Shown: piece after piece, positions 1 through 10,552 of the stretch | How positions within the stretch are numbered: the first letter of the stretch is position 1 | How the letters are laid out: each line of letters starts with the position of its first letter | DNA from: Longimicrobiales bacterium | GTDB taxonomy: Bacteria > Gemmatimonadota > Gemmatimonadetes > Longimicrobiales > Gaopeijiaceae | Assembly: GCA_965226375.1 (NCBI GenBank) | Contig: CBDDCX010000008.1 | Location: forward strand, 448,001-512,000 | DNA length: 64,000 nt | Direction: 5' to 3' | The notes under the pieces: generated by a model | What the model was told of the DNA's origin: nothing | Seen by the model: the letters and a program-made list of their open reading frames with translations, nothing else | Databases searched by the model: none | Position numbers and translations under genes: made by a program

Positions 1-236
1 GTCTCCTTCGCTCGAACGACTGCGCGGGTGACGGCTACCATGCGCCGGTGACAAGCGGGCCGCTAGTGGCTGCCGGAGTACTGGCCGACTGTGAGGGGAC
101 CGCGCATGCAAGCGATAGGCACGCGCCGCCTCGTCCTCGGGTGGCCGCAATGGACGGAGCAGGGTAATTATGGTCGGTAGATGACTCCCCGCTCCGCCTA
201 CGGCCTCCTCCACTCTTTGTCATAGGATATCGAGCT

Positions 237-1568
237 ATGAGAGCAGCATATGCGACGCTCGCGCTTTCTCTGCTTGTTCCGACGCTGACCGGGGCGCAAA
301 ACCTGCCCTCCCGCGAGCGTACTCAGCCGATGAACCGTGTGCTCACGCACCGGGAACAGGCTCCCATCGTCCGCTCCCGTATCGTGAAGCGCTTCGAGAC
401 GGTACTCCCGGAGCTCATGCGCCGGGAAGGGATCGACATGTGGATCATGGTCACGAGGGAGTACAACAACGACCCCGTGTTCCAGTCCATGGCGCCGCTC
501 ACCACTTATTCATCCCGGCGCCGGACGATTCTGGTCTTCTACGATCGAGGTGAAGCGTTGGGGGTGGAGCGGCTCTCCATCGGGCGGTCCGACTACGATG
601 GGCTCTTCGAGGTGGTACGTACGCACAACGATGCGCAGTACGAGGGGCTCCTCCAGGTGGTCGAGGCCCGCGATCCAGAGCGTATCGGCATCAACGTATC
701 CCAGTACTGGAACCATGCGGATGGTCTCACGGCCAACGAGCGTGACAACATCCAGGAGGCCCTCGGGCCCGAGTACTCGTCCCGCCTCACTTCCGCGGAG
801 ATGCTGGCCGTGGGGTGGCTAGAGGTGAAGCTCCCCGAGGAAACCGATCAGTACCGGTTCGTCATGCGGATCGCCCACCAAGTGATCGCCGAGGCTTTCT
901 CGAACCAGGTAATCGTGCCGGGGGTGACCACAACGGAGGACGTCCGTTGGTGGATGCGCCAGCGCGTGGCCGAGCTCGGACTGGGGCAGTGGTTCCATCC
1001 GTCGGTGAGCGTACAACGGCAGGGTGGTGCAGAAGCGGGGGCCGACGGTGTCGTCATCCGGCGCGGCGATATGCTCCACACGGATTTCGGCATCATCCAC
1101 CTCGGCTACTCCACGGACACCCAACACAACGCCTACGTGCTCCGGTACGGGGAGACCGATGCCCCGGCGGGGCTCAAGGCCGGGCTGGCGGCAGCCAATC
1201 GACTGCAAGATCTCAACATGGAATACGCCGAGATCGGTGGAACGGGGAACGAGGCCTTGGCCGGTGCTCTGGCTCAGGCCGAGCGTGAGGGCCTGGACGC
1301 CACCATCTACTCCCATCCCATCGGTTACCACGGCCACGGCGCGGGGCCTCCTATCGGCATGACCGACTATCAGGATGGGGTACCGGTTCGCGGTGATGCC
1401 GTCCTACATCCGAACACCTGGCGGTCCATCGAGCTCAACGTCAGGCACCCGGTGCCCGAGTGGGACGATCAGGAGGTACGCTTCGCTCTGGAGGAAGACG
1501 CCGTGCTCACCGAGGACGGATGGGAGTGGATCGGGGGCCGTCAGTCGGAGTTCTACCTGATCAGGTAA
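237..1568 (+). CDS. Secreted M24 family (Xaa-Pro) metallopeptidase
   Basis: Signal peptide; pita-bread metal ligands HTDFG..STDTQ, HPIG..HG, SIE, LEED. Confidence 0.85.
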   Translation: MRAAYATLALSLLVPTLTGAQNLPSRERTQPMNRVLTHREQAPIVRSRIVKRFETVLPELMRREGIDMWIMVTREYNNDPVFQSMAPLTTYSSRRRTILVFYDRGEALGVERLSIGRSDYDGLFEVVRTHNDAQYEGLLQVVEARDPERIGINVSQYWNHADGLTANERDNIQEALGPEYSSRLTSAEMLAVGWLEVKLPEETDQYRFVMRIAHQVIAEAFSNQVIVPGVTTTEDVRWWMRQRVAELGLGQWFHPSVSVQRQGGAEAGADGVVIRRGDMLHTDFGIIHLGYSTDTQHNAYVLRYGETDAPAGLKAGLAAANRLQDLNMEYAEIGGTGNEALAGALAQAEREGLDATIYSHPIGYHGHGAGPPIGMTDYQDGVPVRGDAVLHPNTWRSIELNVRHPVPEWDDQEVRFALEEDAVLTEDGWEWIGGRQSEFYLIR

Positions 1569-1606
1569 TCGAGCGAGTCTGGGTCCGTGAGTGACCGTCC
1601 GGCCTT

Positions 1607-2839
1607 CTAGGAGTCCAGCCCGAAAAACGTCTCGACGGGAGGTACCGCCGTGGGTACGAAAGACGATCTCGTCGTGGGTGACCATCCACCGACGGCCGAG
1701 GAGCCCATGGCGTTGAAGAGCTCCATATGGCCATCGACCACGCGACGACGCTCGTCCTCGTTCGGTTCCAGAGACCACTCTCCGCGCTCGTTCGTGCCGC
1801 CGAGGATGATGCCGTCACTCCGCGACAACATGTGGAGATTGCCACCTCCCCCTCCAGGAAGACCGCCGATGGTGGAGTAGTTCACCTCCGATTGAGGGAC
1901 CATCACGGTGAGCTGGCCCTTCACCGGAACGAGCTCCTGGTCGTCGAACAGAGCCTTGGAGCCCAGGCCTGTACAGTTGACGACAACCGCTTCTTCCAGC
2001 GCCGCCATGTCCCGGGGTGTATCGAACTTTCGGATGACGATGCGGCCCCCGAAGAGTACGAAATCCTCCATCAGAGCGTCGAGGTAGATGGAGGGCTCGA
2101 TCCGCAACGACGGTCGGGAGCTGGCATATCTCGAAGGAAACGGATGCTCACCGGGTTGCAGAATGACCCGGCCGGTACGCGCCGCGGGCGGGAGCAGCCG
2201 TGCCGCACCCTGGGCCGTTCCGGCCGCAGGCAACTCGTTCATCATGGAGTAGCTGTTCACCCACGAGACGCCGTACTTGGGGCCGACGAGGAGCTGGAGA
2301 CGCCTATACGCGATTTCCACGGCACGTCGAAACTGGGCGTCCCATTCCAGGGTGCGACCCCCGACTTCCACGAGGCCCGAGGTCGGGGTAAAACTCGCCC
2401 ACGACATGTTGGAGGTCGTATTGGGCGGCAGGGCCATGGCGTAGATGGTGACGTCGAAGCCTCTCTGCTGGAGCTGTCGACCCGTCGTCAGCCCCGCCAC
2501 CCCGCTCCCGATCACTGCTGCACGGCGGGATTCTTGTTCGAGGGCCAGTGCGGCGGCCAGGTCCGCGGTGCCCCAGGAGAGGGACATGCCGGCTCCACCA
2601 TGCCCGTAGTTATGGACGAGCGTCTTGTCGTCCAACTTGTCGGCCTTGACCACGAACCCGGAGCGTCGGTGAGGGCGGAGGCCCACGGTGGTGCGGATAA
2701 CCCGCTCCCAAGATGCCTCTACCGGGGCGAGCCTCACCGGAGTCCGCGTGGATGCAGATCCGGGACCAGTGGCACAACCACCGAAACCGAGTCCCAAGAC
2801 TCCCATTCCACCGGTCTTGAGCAACGTCCGCCTGTCCAT
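1607..2839 (-). CDS. FAD-dependent D-amino acid oxidase family protein, Tat lipoprotein, circularly permuted
   Basis: Start re-set to MDRRTLLK (Tat) followed by GFGGC; motifs GLRP, HNYGHGGAG-SLSWG, IGSGVAG, VVNCTGLG, KGQ. Confidence 0.85.
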   Translation of the reverse strand: MDRRTLLKTGGMGVLGLGFGGCATGPGSASTRTPVRLAPVEASWERVIRTTVGLRPHRRSGFVVKADKLDDKTLVHNYGHGGAGMSLSWGTADLAAALALEQESRRAAVIGSGVAGLTTGRQLQQRGFDVTIYAMALPPNTTSNMSWASFTPTSGLVEVGGRTLEWDAQFRRAVEIAYRRLQLLVGPKYGVSWVNSYSMMNELPAAGTAQGAARLLPPAARTGRVILQPGEHPFPSRYASSRPSLRIEPSIYLDALMEDFVLFGGRIVIRKFDTPRDMAALEEAVVVNCTGLGSKALFDDQELVPVKGQLTVMVPQSEVNYSTIGGLPGGGGGNLHMLSRSDGIILGGTNERGEWSLEPNEDERRRVVDGHMELFNAMGSSAVGGWSPTTRSSFVPTAVPPVETFFGLDS

Positions 2840-3139
2840 CACTGGCCTCTCTCGTAGGAAACGACGATATGGTGGGCCCTCGGGAGCTTGAGTCTGCACG
2901 AGGTGCGCCGATGAGGACCGCCGATGTGGGACAGGGTGCCGACCCGTGTCGGGGCCGTCAAGCACTGTGGCCGTGTGGATGAGACTGGACGTGTCCCACC
3001 ACCGACGGGTCGGGTGGGCGTGACCGTTCGAGGAACCCGGACCGGGGCAGGACGAGTTCTTATCGGGACTGCCGTATGGCGACGGGCCACCGGGGTCCGG
3101 GACGAAGCCACACGGCTACTCACCTCGTGGAGACCGATA

Positions 3140-4369
3140 GTGAACTATCGACGACGAATTCTGGGGACCCTTTACTGCGTGCTCGTCCTCGCCGCGTGCT
3201 CGAGTGATGATGGCTCCGGGTTGGACGATGGCGGTGGACAACCCGGAGGACAGCCGGGCGATGGAGGGCAGGGTGGTGCTGTCGAGCAGATGATCGTGGA
3301 CAACACCGACTTCGATTGGACACGCACCCTGGTCGATCGAGGCACTAAGCCCCACATCGCCCTGCGGCAGGGCGACCCGGTCATTGCCTACATGCTCGAA
3401 CGCATCGGCGATGCGGGTTTCGTCCGGGTGGTGCAGGGCGGTGGTGGGACCCTGGGTGGTCCGGAGACTCTCCAAACCGGGTACCACTATGGGCCGCTCG
3501 ATGTGGCGGTCGGCTCGGCCGGTACGGTGGCCGTGGCCTACCACAATCATGATTGGGAGGACGGTGCCGTTGCTGTGCTCGAGAACGATACCTGGGAAAT
3601 CTCACGGATCTCACACTCGGGGCATGACGGCTGGGACTTGTCCATCGCGTTCGCCGCCGACGGCACGATACATACGCTCGGCATCGACCCGTCTCAGTTC
3701 GGCACTTCGCAGTCTATCGAGCACGCGGTGTTCGACGGTGCCTCTTGGCAAGTCCAGAGTGTCGGTTCCGGACCTCAGCCGTACGAATGGGGCACGGACC
3801 TGGCGATCGACTCGGAGGGTGTGCTCCATGGCGTGTATCACACCGTTTCGGGACGGGACTTGATCTACGCCCGGAACGACGGAGAGAGCTGGACCCTGAC
3901 CCCGATCTATGAGCAAGGCGATGCAGGTCGCTTTGCCGCGATCACGGTCGACGGCAACGATGATGTTCATGTAGCCTTCTTCCAGTCGAACGATGTGGTC
4001 CTCGATGCGGGTCAGGCTACTGGGAGCATCATTTACGGAAACAACGCTGCGGGTGAGTGGCAGTTCCAGGAGGCGGGCACCGTAGCAAGCCACATCCTGG
4101 GTATGGAGGGAGCGCGGCGCACCGTGGCGTTGGCCGTGGCCGATCAGACGGCTTACGTGGCGTTCATCGACACGGACAAGCTACACGTGGCGCGGATCGC
4201 GGGTGGTGATGTCCGTTCGACCCTGGTCGCCGAAGCGGGTGACGACCCTTTCCAGGTCGTGAGCCTCGCGGTAGACGGGCAGGATCAGGTCCACCTCGTC
4301 TACTCGACCGTGACCACGCCGAGTCCTCTGGACGGACAGGTCTGGTACCTGACCGGATCGCCTCGCTGA
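3140..4369 (+). CDS. Lipoprotein with repeated beta-propeller-like blades
   Basis: GTG start after GGAG; lipobox LAAC; Gly/Gln linker; repeats of the type (L/I)AxDxxGxxHxxY. Confidence 0.65.
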   Translation: MNYRRRILGTLYCVLVLAACSSDDGSGLDDGGGQPGGQPGDGGQGGAVEQMIVDNTDFDWTRTLVDRGTKPHIALRQGDPVIAYMLERIGDAGFVRVVQGGGGTLGGPETLQTGYHYGPLDVAVGSAGTVAVAYHNHDWEDGAVAVLENDTWEISRISHSGHDGWDLSIAFAADGTIHTLGIDPSQFGTSQSIEHAVFDGASWQVQSVGSGPQPYEWGTDLAIDSEGVLHGVYHTVSGRDLIYARNDGESWTLTPIYEQGDAGRFAAITVDGNDDVHVAFFQSNDVVLDAGQATGSIIYGNNAAGEWQFQEAGTVASHILGMEGARRTVALAVADQTAYVAFIDTDKLHVARIAGGDVRSTLVAEAGDDPFQVVSLAVDGQDQVHLVYSTVTTPSPLDGQVWYLTGSPR

Positions 4370-4442
4370 GGGGGCGCCGGACGGCACGATCTTGTGGGGG
4401 CTTACGGAGTGACCTGCGCGGACCGAGGGCAGGCCGCGTGGT

Positions 4443-5048
4443 TCAGGGCAACTCCGCAACGCGAAGGTTTCGCCATCGGACCTTGATACCACCCCCGGAG
4501 TGGATTTGTAATGCAATAACGCCTTCGGCCGCACCGATGGCCGGGTCCGTCAGGTCGATCATTTCGACACCGTTCAACCAGGTCGTCACTCGGCCGCCCA
4601 CGACCCTCACTCGCATGGTGTTCCACTCGCCCCTGCGAAGGGCTCGGTCCTTGTCCTCTGTCGGTTGAATCAGCCAGCCGCGTCCGTAGGATTCGTAGAT
4701 TCCGCCAGTCCACAGACCCGGTGGAGCGACCTCGGCCTGCCATCCGGTTATGCGGGTGCCGTCTAGGGAGGAACGGAAGAACACTCCGCTATTGCCGTCG
4801 GCCTCCTGCCTGAACTCGAGCGTCAGGTCGAAGTCCGTGTAGACCCGCTCGGTCGCCAGATATCCGTACTTGGCGTCGGGGCCGCTCTCGCACACGAGTT
4901 CACCGTTTTCGACATACCACAGCTCGGTCCCGTGTATTTTCCAACCGGTGAGGTCGACACCGTTGAACAGCGGGGCGTGCTGGGCGGCGGCTTTCGGGGT
5001 GTGCCAACACAGGGCGACAACGAGGACGGCGACGGCAGAGGATTTCAT
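4443..5048 (-). CDS. DUF1080 / 3-keto-disaccharide hydrolase family protein
   Basis: LFNGxDLTGW, GNSGVFF, GEWN, IALQIH, WRNL motifs; signal peptide. Confidence 0.88.
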   Translation of the reverse strand: MKSSAVAVLVVALCWHTPKAAAQHAPLFNGVDLTGWKIHGTELWYVENGELVCESGPDAKYGYLATERVYTDFDLTLEFRQEADGNSGVFFRSSLDGTRITGWQAEVAPPGLWTGGIYESYGRGWLIQPTEDKDRALRRGEWNTMRVRVVGGRVTTWLNGVEMIDLTDPAIGAAEGVIALQIHSGGGIKVRWRNLRVAELP

Positions 5049-5062
5049 TTCGAGCCCCTCGC

Positions 5063-6307
5063 TCAGTTACTCAACCGATTGTAGGCGCTCAAGAGCTCAC
5101 GGAGTCGGTCGTGCGGAATCGCATCGGAGCGATTGCCATCTCGTCCGACCATGGTCTCGGCTGCGACCATCGCGTTGATGATGGCTTCCTCCGTGGCCTC
5201 GACCGTGGCCCCGAACAGCGCGCTGATCTGGGAGTTGCTCAGCATCGTGATCTCGGCTGTGGGGCGGGCGCCGGCGGTGCCTCCGTTCGCCGTGGAGAAC
5301 GCCACGAAGATGTCGCCGGAGCCGTTCCCGGAAATGCCTCCCGTACGTGCCACTCCCAGCGACGCCCTACGAGCGATTCTCTTGAGCTGATGGGGGAGTA
5401 GTGGCGCGTCCGTGGCTACGACGATGATGATGGAGCCACGGCCCTCCCGTTCGAGGTTGATCTCGAATCCGGCCACGGGGTCGGCCTCGTCCCCCGCTGC
5501 CGAATCGATGCCGGCTCCACGCTCCTGCTCGCGCGCGAACTCCATCCCCATGGGGACGCCGGCGATAGTCAGTCCCCGCCCTCCACCGAAGTTCGCCTGC
5601 ACCAGGACGCCAACGGTGTAGCCTCCCGCCCCCAGACCGGCTCTGGACGATGTGCCTATGCCGCACTTGAAACCGAGACAGCGCATGCCGGTGCCGCCGC
5701 CCACGTTGCCCTCTTGGACCGGCCCCGAGGAGGCGTTGTCGATCGCGCTCACCAGGTGCTCGGCTTTGACGTGGAAGCCGTTGATGTCGTTGAGGGATCC
5801 GTCGTATGTCTCGGCCACCACAGGCAGCGACCAGGGCTGGAACGCGGTGCCGTTCGCCCTTTGCCAGGCGATGATCGCGTCCCGCACGACTCCGACGCTG
5901 TGGGTGTTGGTGATGGCGATGGGCCCTTCGAGGAAACCGGATTCCTCGATCCACGTCGTCCCGGTCATCTCACCGTTCCCGTTCAGGGCGAACCAGCCGC
6001 CGAAAACGGGGTCGGCGAGAGCGTCGGCTCGCGGCAGGATGGCCGTAACACCGGTACGCACCGGCCCTTCACCCACGCGTAGCTCACCCTCGCCGCTGAT
6101 GAGCGTCGTATGACCTACGTGCACACCCGCTACGTCCGTGATGGCATTGTAGGGACCGGGAGTCCCTGCGAAGGGCACACCGAGATCCCGGGCCCGCGGC
6201 TTTACTTGTGCGGAGGAGGTGGAGGCCAGGGCGGTCGAGCCCAATACGAATGAGGCCAGGAACAGGACGGCCGCACGGCCGCCGGGTCGAAACAGTGGAC
6301 GTGTCAT
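5063..6307 (-). CDS. dmpA: P1/S58 family peptidase (DmpA/BapA-like), secreted
   Basis: RARDLG, NAITDV, NGNGEMTG, VGGGTGM, autoproteolytic G-S site GSIIIVVATDAP. Confidence 0.88.
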   Translation of the reverse strand: MTRPLFRPGGRAAVLFLASFVLGSTALASTSSAQVKPRARDLGVPFAGTPGPYNAITDVAGVHVGHTTLISGEGELRVGEGPVRTGVTAILPRADALADPVFGGWFALNGNGEMTGTTWIEESGFLEGPIAITNTHSVGVVRDAIIAWQRANGTAFQPWSLPVVAETYDGSLNDINGFHVKAEHLVSAIDNASSGPVQEGNVGGGTGMRCLGFKCGIGTSSRAGLGAGGYTVGVLVQANFGGGRGLTIAGVPMGMEFAREQERGAGIDSAAGDEADPVAGFEINLEREGRGSIIIVVATDAPLLPHQLKRIARRASLGVARTGGISGNGSGDIFVAFSTANGGTAGARPTAEITMLSNSQISALFGATVEATEEAIINAMVAAETMVGRDGNRSDAIPHDRLRELLSAYNRLSN

Positions 6308-6333
6308 AGAATCCTCCAAGCGGAGTGAGTGAG

Positions 6334-7164
6334 TCAGGAGGAGCTCGGAAGCACTGCGAAGATCCTGACCTGGCCGCCGGAGCCGCCTTCGATCTTGATC
6401 GGGGCTACGATCAGGTAGGCGCCGACGGCTGGGACCTGTCCCAGGTTGGCGACGTTCTCGAGATGGAACTTGCCCGAACCGTTCACGATGCCGTGGACGG
6501 GAAAGCCGGGTCCGACTCCGGGGTCGATGGAGAGGTTGTCGATGCCGATACCACGGATTTCCCGCTCGTTGATCAGGAACTCCCCCACCTCCGCTGAGAA
6601 TCCCGGAAAGTGGAGCCGACCTTCGTCATCGAGGTTGGCGTAAGCCACTGCATCGGTGTACTTCTCGGACCACCCGGTATACAGGAGCACGATGGCACCG
6701 GTGGGGAGACGTCCGTGCTGTCGCTCCCACTCTTCCACGTCCGCCAAGGTGACGCTGTAGTCTGGGTCGGCGGCGGACTGTGCGGAAATGTCGATGACGG
6801 CTGCGGGGCCGAAGAGGTCACTGGACGTGAGCTGATCGACGGACGGTTGTCCTTCAGCCCCGTGGACCGGAGCATCGATGTGAGTGCCGTGGTGTTCCGG
6901 CGTCGAATACGCCGCCATGGAGGGCGATCCGTCGGCATGGGCTCGAATCGTGTCGTGCGTGAAAGGATTGCCATTGGGGCTCGGCCAGTAGGGAGCCGTG
7001 GCACTGAGTGCGTGGGTCAGATCCACAACCTCCAACTCGCCCGAAAAGAGCTGGGTTAGAGAGTCGGATCCGCTGCCTGCCTGCGGTTCGCAGCCCGCCA
7101 TCGAGGACACCGTCAACCCGGCCAGCACAGCCGTCCGACCGAGCCATTGGGGGATTGCGGACAT
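6334..7164 (-). CDS. Cyclase / kynurenine formamidase family metallohydrolase, lipoprotein
   Basis: EHHGTHIDAPxH, HFPG, GIDxLSID, ENVANL, GGSG motifs; lipobox MAGC. Confidence 0.85.
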   Translation of the reverse strand: MSAIPQWLGRTAVLAGLTVSSMAGCEPQAGSGSDSLTQLFSGELEVVDLTHALSATAPYWPSPNGNPFTHDTIRAHADGSPSMAAYSTPEHHGTHIDAPVHGAEGQPSVDQLTSSDLFGPAAVIDISAQSAADPDYSVTLADVEEWERQHGRLPTGAIVLLYTGWSEKYTDAVAYANLDDEGRLHFPGFSAEVGEFLINEREIRGIGIDNLSIDPGVGPGFPVHGIVNGSGKFHLENVANLGQVPAVGAYLIVAPIKIEGGSGGQVRIFAVLPSSS

Positions 7165-7344
7165 AGGGGCCTCTGCAGGTTGAGTGGTTCTTCGGCGTGG
7201 TGCTAAAACTAGGGAGCCAACGTGCGCCATGGTCAACGTGCTCGCGCATACGGCGCGCCGCAAGCAACCCTCCAGCGACCGCTCCAGCAACCGTCCAACT
7301 GCCCTCCGTCACCCTCCGGCCACCTTCCGGGGCAATGCCCGTAC

Positions 7345-7373
7345 TTGACAGGTGCCGCAACCCTTTGGATACT
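7345..7373 (+). promoter_or_regulatory. Sigma70-type promoter of the padR operon
   Basis: TTGACA (7345-7350), 17 bp spacer, GATACT (7368-7373); AGGAG RBS before ATG 7428. Confidence 0.7.
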
Positions 7374-7403
7374 GACACTGTCAATACTAACAACGTCAGT
7401 ATC
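7368..7403. promoter_or_regulatory. Probable PadR operator (two overlapping palindromes)
   Basis: GATACTGAC...GTCAGTATC perfect 9-bp inverted repeat; two units of ATACTGAC-N3-GTCAGTAT consensus overlapping the -10. Confidence 0.65.
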
Positions 7404-7427
7404 TAACTCTTTCAGGAGTGACCTCTG

Positions 7428-7754
7428 ATGAGCCAGGAAGTTCTGGGTGGGTTCGAGCACCGTGTACTCTTGGCCATCGTGCGGCTCGGGTCGGAGGCGT
7501 ACACGGTCCCGATCGTCCTCGAACTGGAGGTACATGCCGGGCGTACCGTAGCGCCCGCTTCGGTCTACGTGACGCTTCGTCGGCTGGAGAAGAAGGGATT
7601 CCTCACCTCACGGATGTCTCCGCCGCCGGCCCACCAGGGTGGCCGGGAGCGGCGGGTGTTCACGCTCGAAGAGCCGGCCCTGGAGATTCTTCGGGAGTCG
7701 AAGCGGGTGTTGGGGAGCCTTTGGGAGGGTCTCGCGCAATTGGACGAGGTATGA
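7428..7754 (+). CDS. PadR family transcriptional regulator
   Basis: LGxFExxVLLA, VYVTLxRLExKG, GGRxRRxF motifs; directly upstream of ADOP permease. Confidence 0.9.
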   Translation: MSQEVLGGFEHRVLLAIVRLGSEAYTVPIVLELEVHAGRTVAPASVYVTLRRLEKKGFLTSRMSPPPAHQGGRERRVFTLEEPALEILRESKRVLGSLWEGLAQLDEV

Positions 7755-10479
7755 GGGGATCATCGCCGCACGGATCAGGGCACCGCCTCGGCAGACGGCT
7801 CGCCATGCTTTTGCTGGCACCTTGGCTCTCGGCCGAAGAGCGTCGCGAGGCCTTGGCCGATCTGGAGGAGCTCGGCAGGGTGCGGAGTTCGCGGCATGGC
7901 AAGCTGATCTCTGGAGTCTACTTCTGGTGGCAATTGCTCAAGTATCCCCTGCGCCTCCTGGGGCAGGAATGGTCGGCAGGTGGGCGCCCGCGAGCGGTGC
8001 GGGCCGGAAGCATGGGAAAGGGGAATGGGATGGAAGGCTTTCTGCAGGATCTCCGGTACGCACTTCGGACGCTGATCAAGAGTCCGTCGTTCGCGCTCAT
8101 CACCATCGCGACCTTGGGCATCTGCATCGGGGTGAATACCGCGATCTTCAGTGTCTCCAAGAGGGTCTTGATGGACCCGCTTCCATACCCCCAGCAGGAA
8201 CGGGTGGTGGCTGCGTGGCTGTACGACGTTCCGGCGGCCAAACAGGCCCGTGTGACTCCGGGGCACTACACCGACCTGAGGAGCCTCACGGAGATCTTCG
8301 ACCATCTCGCGGCATTCTGGGCAATTACGAGCACGCTGACCGAGGATGGGAATCCGGAATTCCTACAGGGGAGTCGGGTGACGTCGTCCTACTTCGAGGT
8401 CTGGGGGTGCCGCCCGTCATGGGGCGCGACTTCCTCCCCGAGGACGATGTGCAGGGTGGACCGGCCATCGTCATCATAAGCCACGACCTGTGGAGTGGGC
8501 GCTTCGGCGCCGATCCGGGAATGGTGGGCCGCACCCTCCTTCTCGATGGCCGTTCGTTCGAGGTCGTGGGTGTAATGCCGCCCGGGATCTACCCCACGGT
8601 GGCGACGATTACTGGAGAAATCCGTTTCTCACCGAAGAACCAGGACTTCTGGGTTCCTCTTCGATTCAGCGAGCAGTTCTACGGCAACCGGAGACCTCAC
8701 CTCCTGGGCGTAGTCGGCCGGTTGGCTTCTCAGGTCTCGTTCGAGCGGGCGCAAGCGGCCGTGAGCGCGTTGGGCAGTGCGCTTGTGGCCGAGGGTGCGT
8801 GGAGCCAGGACGAGCGACTGCGACTGAACCTCATGCGTGACGAGGTGGTTGGCAGTGCCCGTGTCGGGCTTCTGATGCTCGGGGTCATGGTGGGCTTCCT
8901 GTTGCTCATCGCCACGGCGAACGTGGCCGCGCTCCTCATGGAGCGCTCCGAGCGGCGCAGAACGGAGATGGCGGTTCGGGCGGCCCTCGGTGCCGGGCGG
9001 CTCCGGTTGATTCGACAGCACATGGGGGAGAGCCTGGTGTTAGCGGCGTGCGGGGGCGCGTTGGGGGTACTGCTCGGTGTTATCACACTCGACTTCATCA
9101 AGATGCTGGTGCCGTTCCAGATCCCCCGGTTGCAGACGGCGACTATCGATGGTGACACGCTCATGTTCACGGGCCTCCTCTCTATTGTCACAGCCCTGGC
9201 TTCGGGGGCGGTGCCGGCCATTCGAGGAGCGGTGCAACAGACGACGGTGTCCCTTACACACGGCGTCCAGAGCGCGGGGGATGGGCGGGTGCGCAGAAGG
9301 GTTCACGGTGTCCTGGTAGCGTCCCAAACCGGGCTCGCGGTCCTATTGGTCATCGGGACTGGCCTGATGGTTCGTGCGTTCTGGACTTTGACACATGTGG
9401 ATCCGGGCTTTTCACCCGAAGGTGTCATGACGATTCCCATCACGCTCCCGGCGGGCCGGTACGCGGACGAGTGGGCATTCCACGAGAGGCTTCGGAACGA
9501 GCTCGAAGCCGTCCCGGGCGTGCTCGCCGCGACGGTGGCGTATGACAACCCGCTCCAACGCACGTGGAGCGACGGGTTCAGGATCGAGGGGAGGGAGACC
9601 TCGGACCAGGACGACTCCCCGCTCGCGAGCCTTCGCCCTGTGGGGCCGGGCTATTTCTGGACCATCGGTGTCGGGCTTGTCAGCGGCCGAGCCTTCAACG
9701 ATGGAGACATTCCCGGCGCCCCAGGCGTGGCCGTAGTCAACGAGACGCTCGCTCGCACCTACTTCCCAGAGACGGACCCGCTCGGAGAGGTCCTCCAGAT
9801 TCCCTCGGCGCAACGAATTCTCGGGTCGGATGAGGAGGGTGTGTTCGAGATCGTCGGGGTGGTCAACGATGTGCGGTTCTTAGGCCTCGATCAGAACCCT
9901 GAACCGGCCCTGTATCTGCCCTTGGCTCAGTTCCCGGCTGGGGGACGAAACCTTCTGATTCGCGGTGATCGGGACGACATGAGCCTTCTGCCGTCCCTGC
10001 GTCGGGCTATTTGGGATCTGGACGGCGACATTCCGATTCGAGACGTCTCCACCTTGGACGGCATGCTCTCGGACCTGGTGGCGCCGTCACGATTCAACAT
10101 GGTCATGCTGGCGGCGTTCGCCGGTCTCGGACTCCTGTTGGCCGGCCTCGGGGTCTATGGACTCGTGTCTGCCGTGGTGGTGTCGCGATTCAAGGAGATC
10201 GGCCTGCGCATGGCGTTGGGTGCCAGCCGCGGACGCGTACTCCACACGGTGATGAGGGATGCGCTCTGGCCAGCCGTGTGCGGTGGAAGTCTGGGACTCG
10301 TGGCGGCTGTGGTGCTTTCCCGCCATCTCCAGGTCCTCCTTTTCGAAGTCGACCCGACGGATCCTACGGCGCTCATGGCTGCTCCGGTCATCCTGGTCAC
10401 CGTAGCGGTTGTGGCGAGCTATGTGCCTGCCCGGCGAGCTGCGGCCATCGATCCGGCGTCAACGCTCCGGGAGGATTAG
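7751..10479 (+). CDS. ADOP-type duplicated MacB/FtsX permease, frameshifted near 8400
   Basis: QDLRYALRTLxKSP N-terminus in one frame; rest (EMAVRAALGAGR, EIGLRMALGA, PARRAAAIDP) in another; one added base restores FEVLGVPP. Confidence 0.85.
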
Positions 10480-10552
10480 CCGGCCCACTCGCCCGTTCCA
10501 CGGCGCGCATCTAGATTCTCACCGCCAGGTTACTCAACAGAGCGGGTGAATC

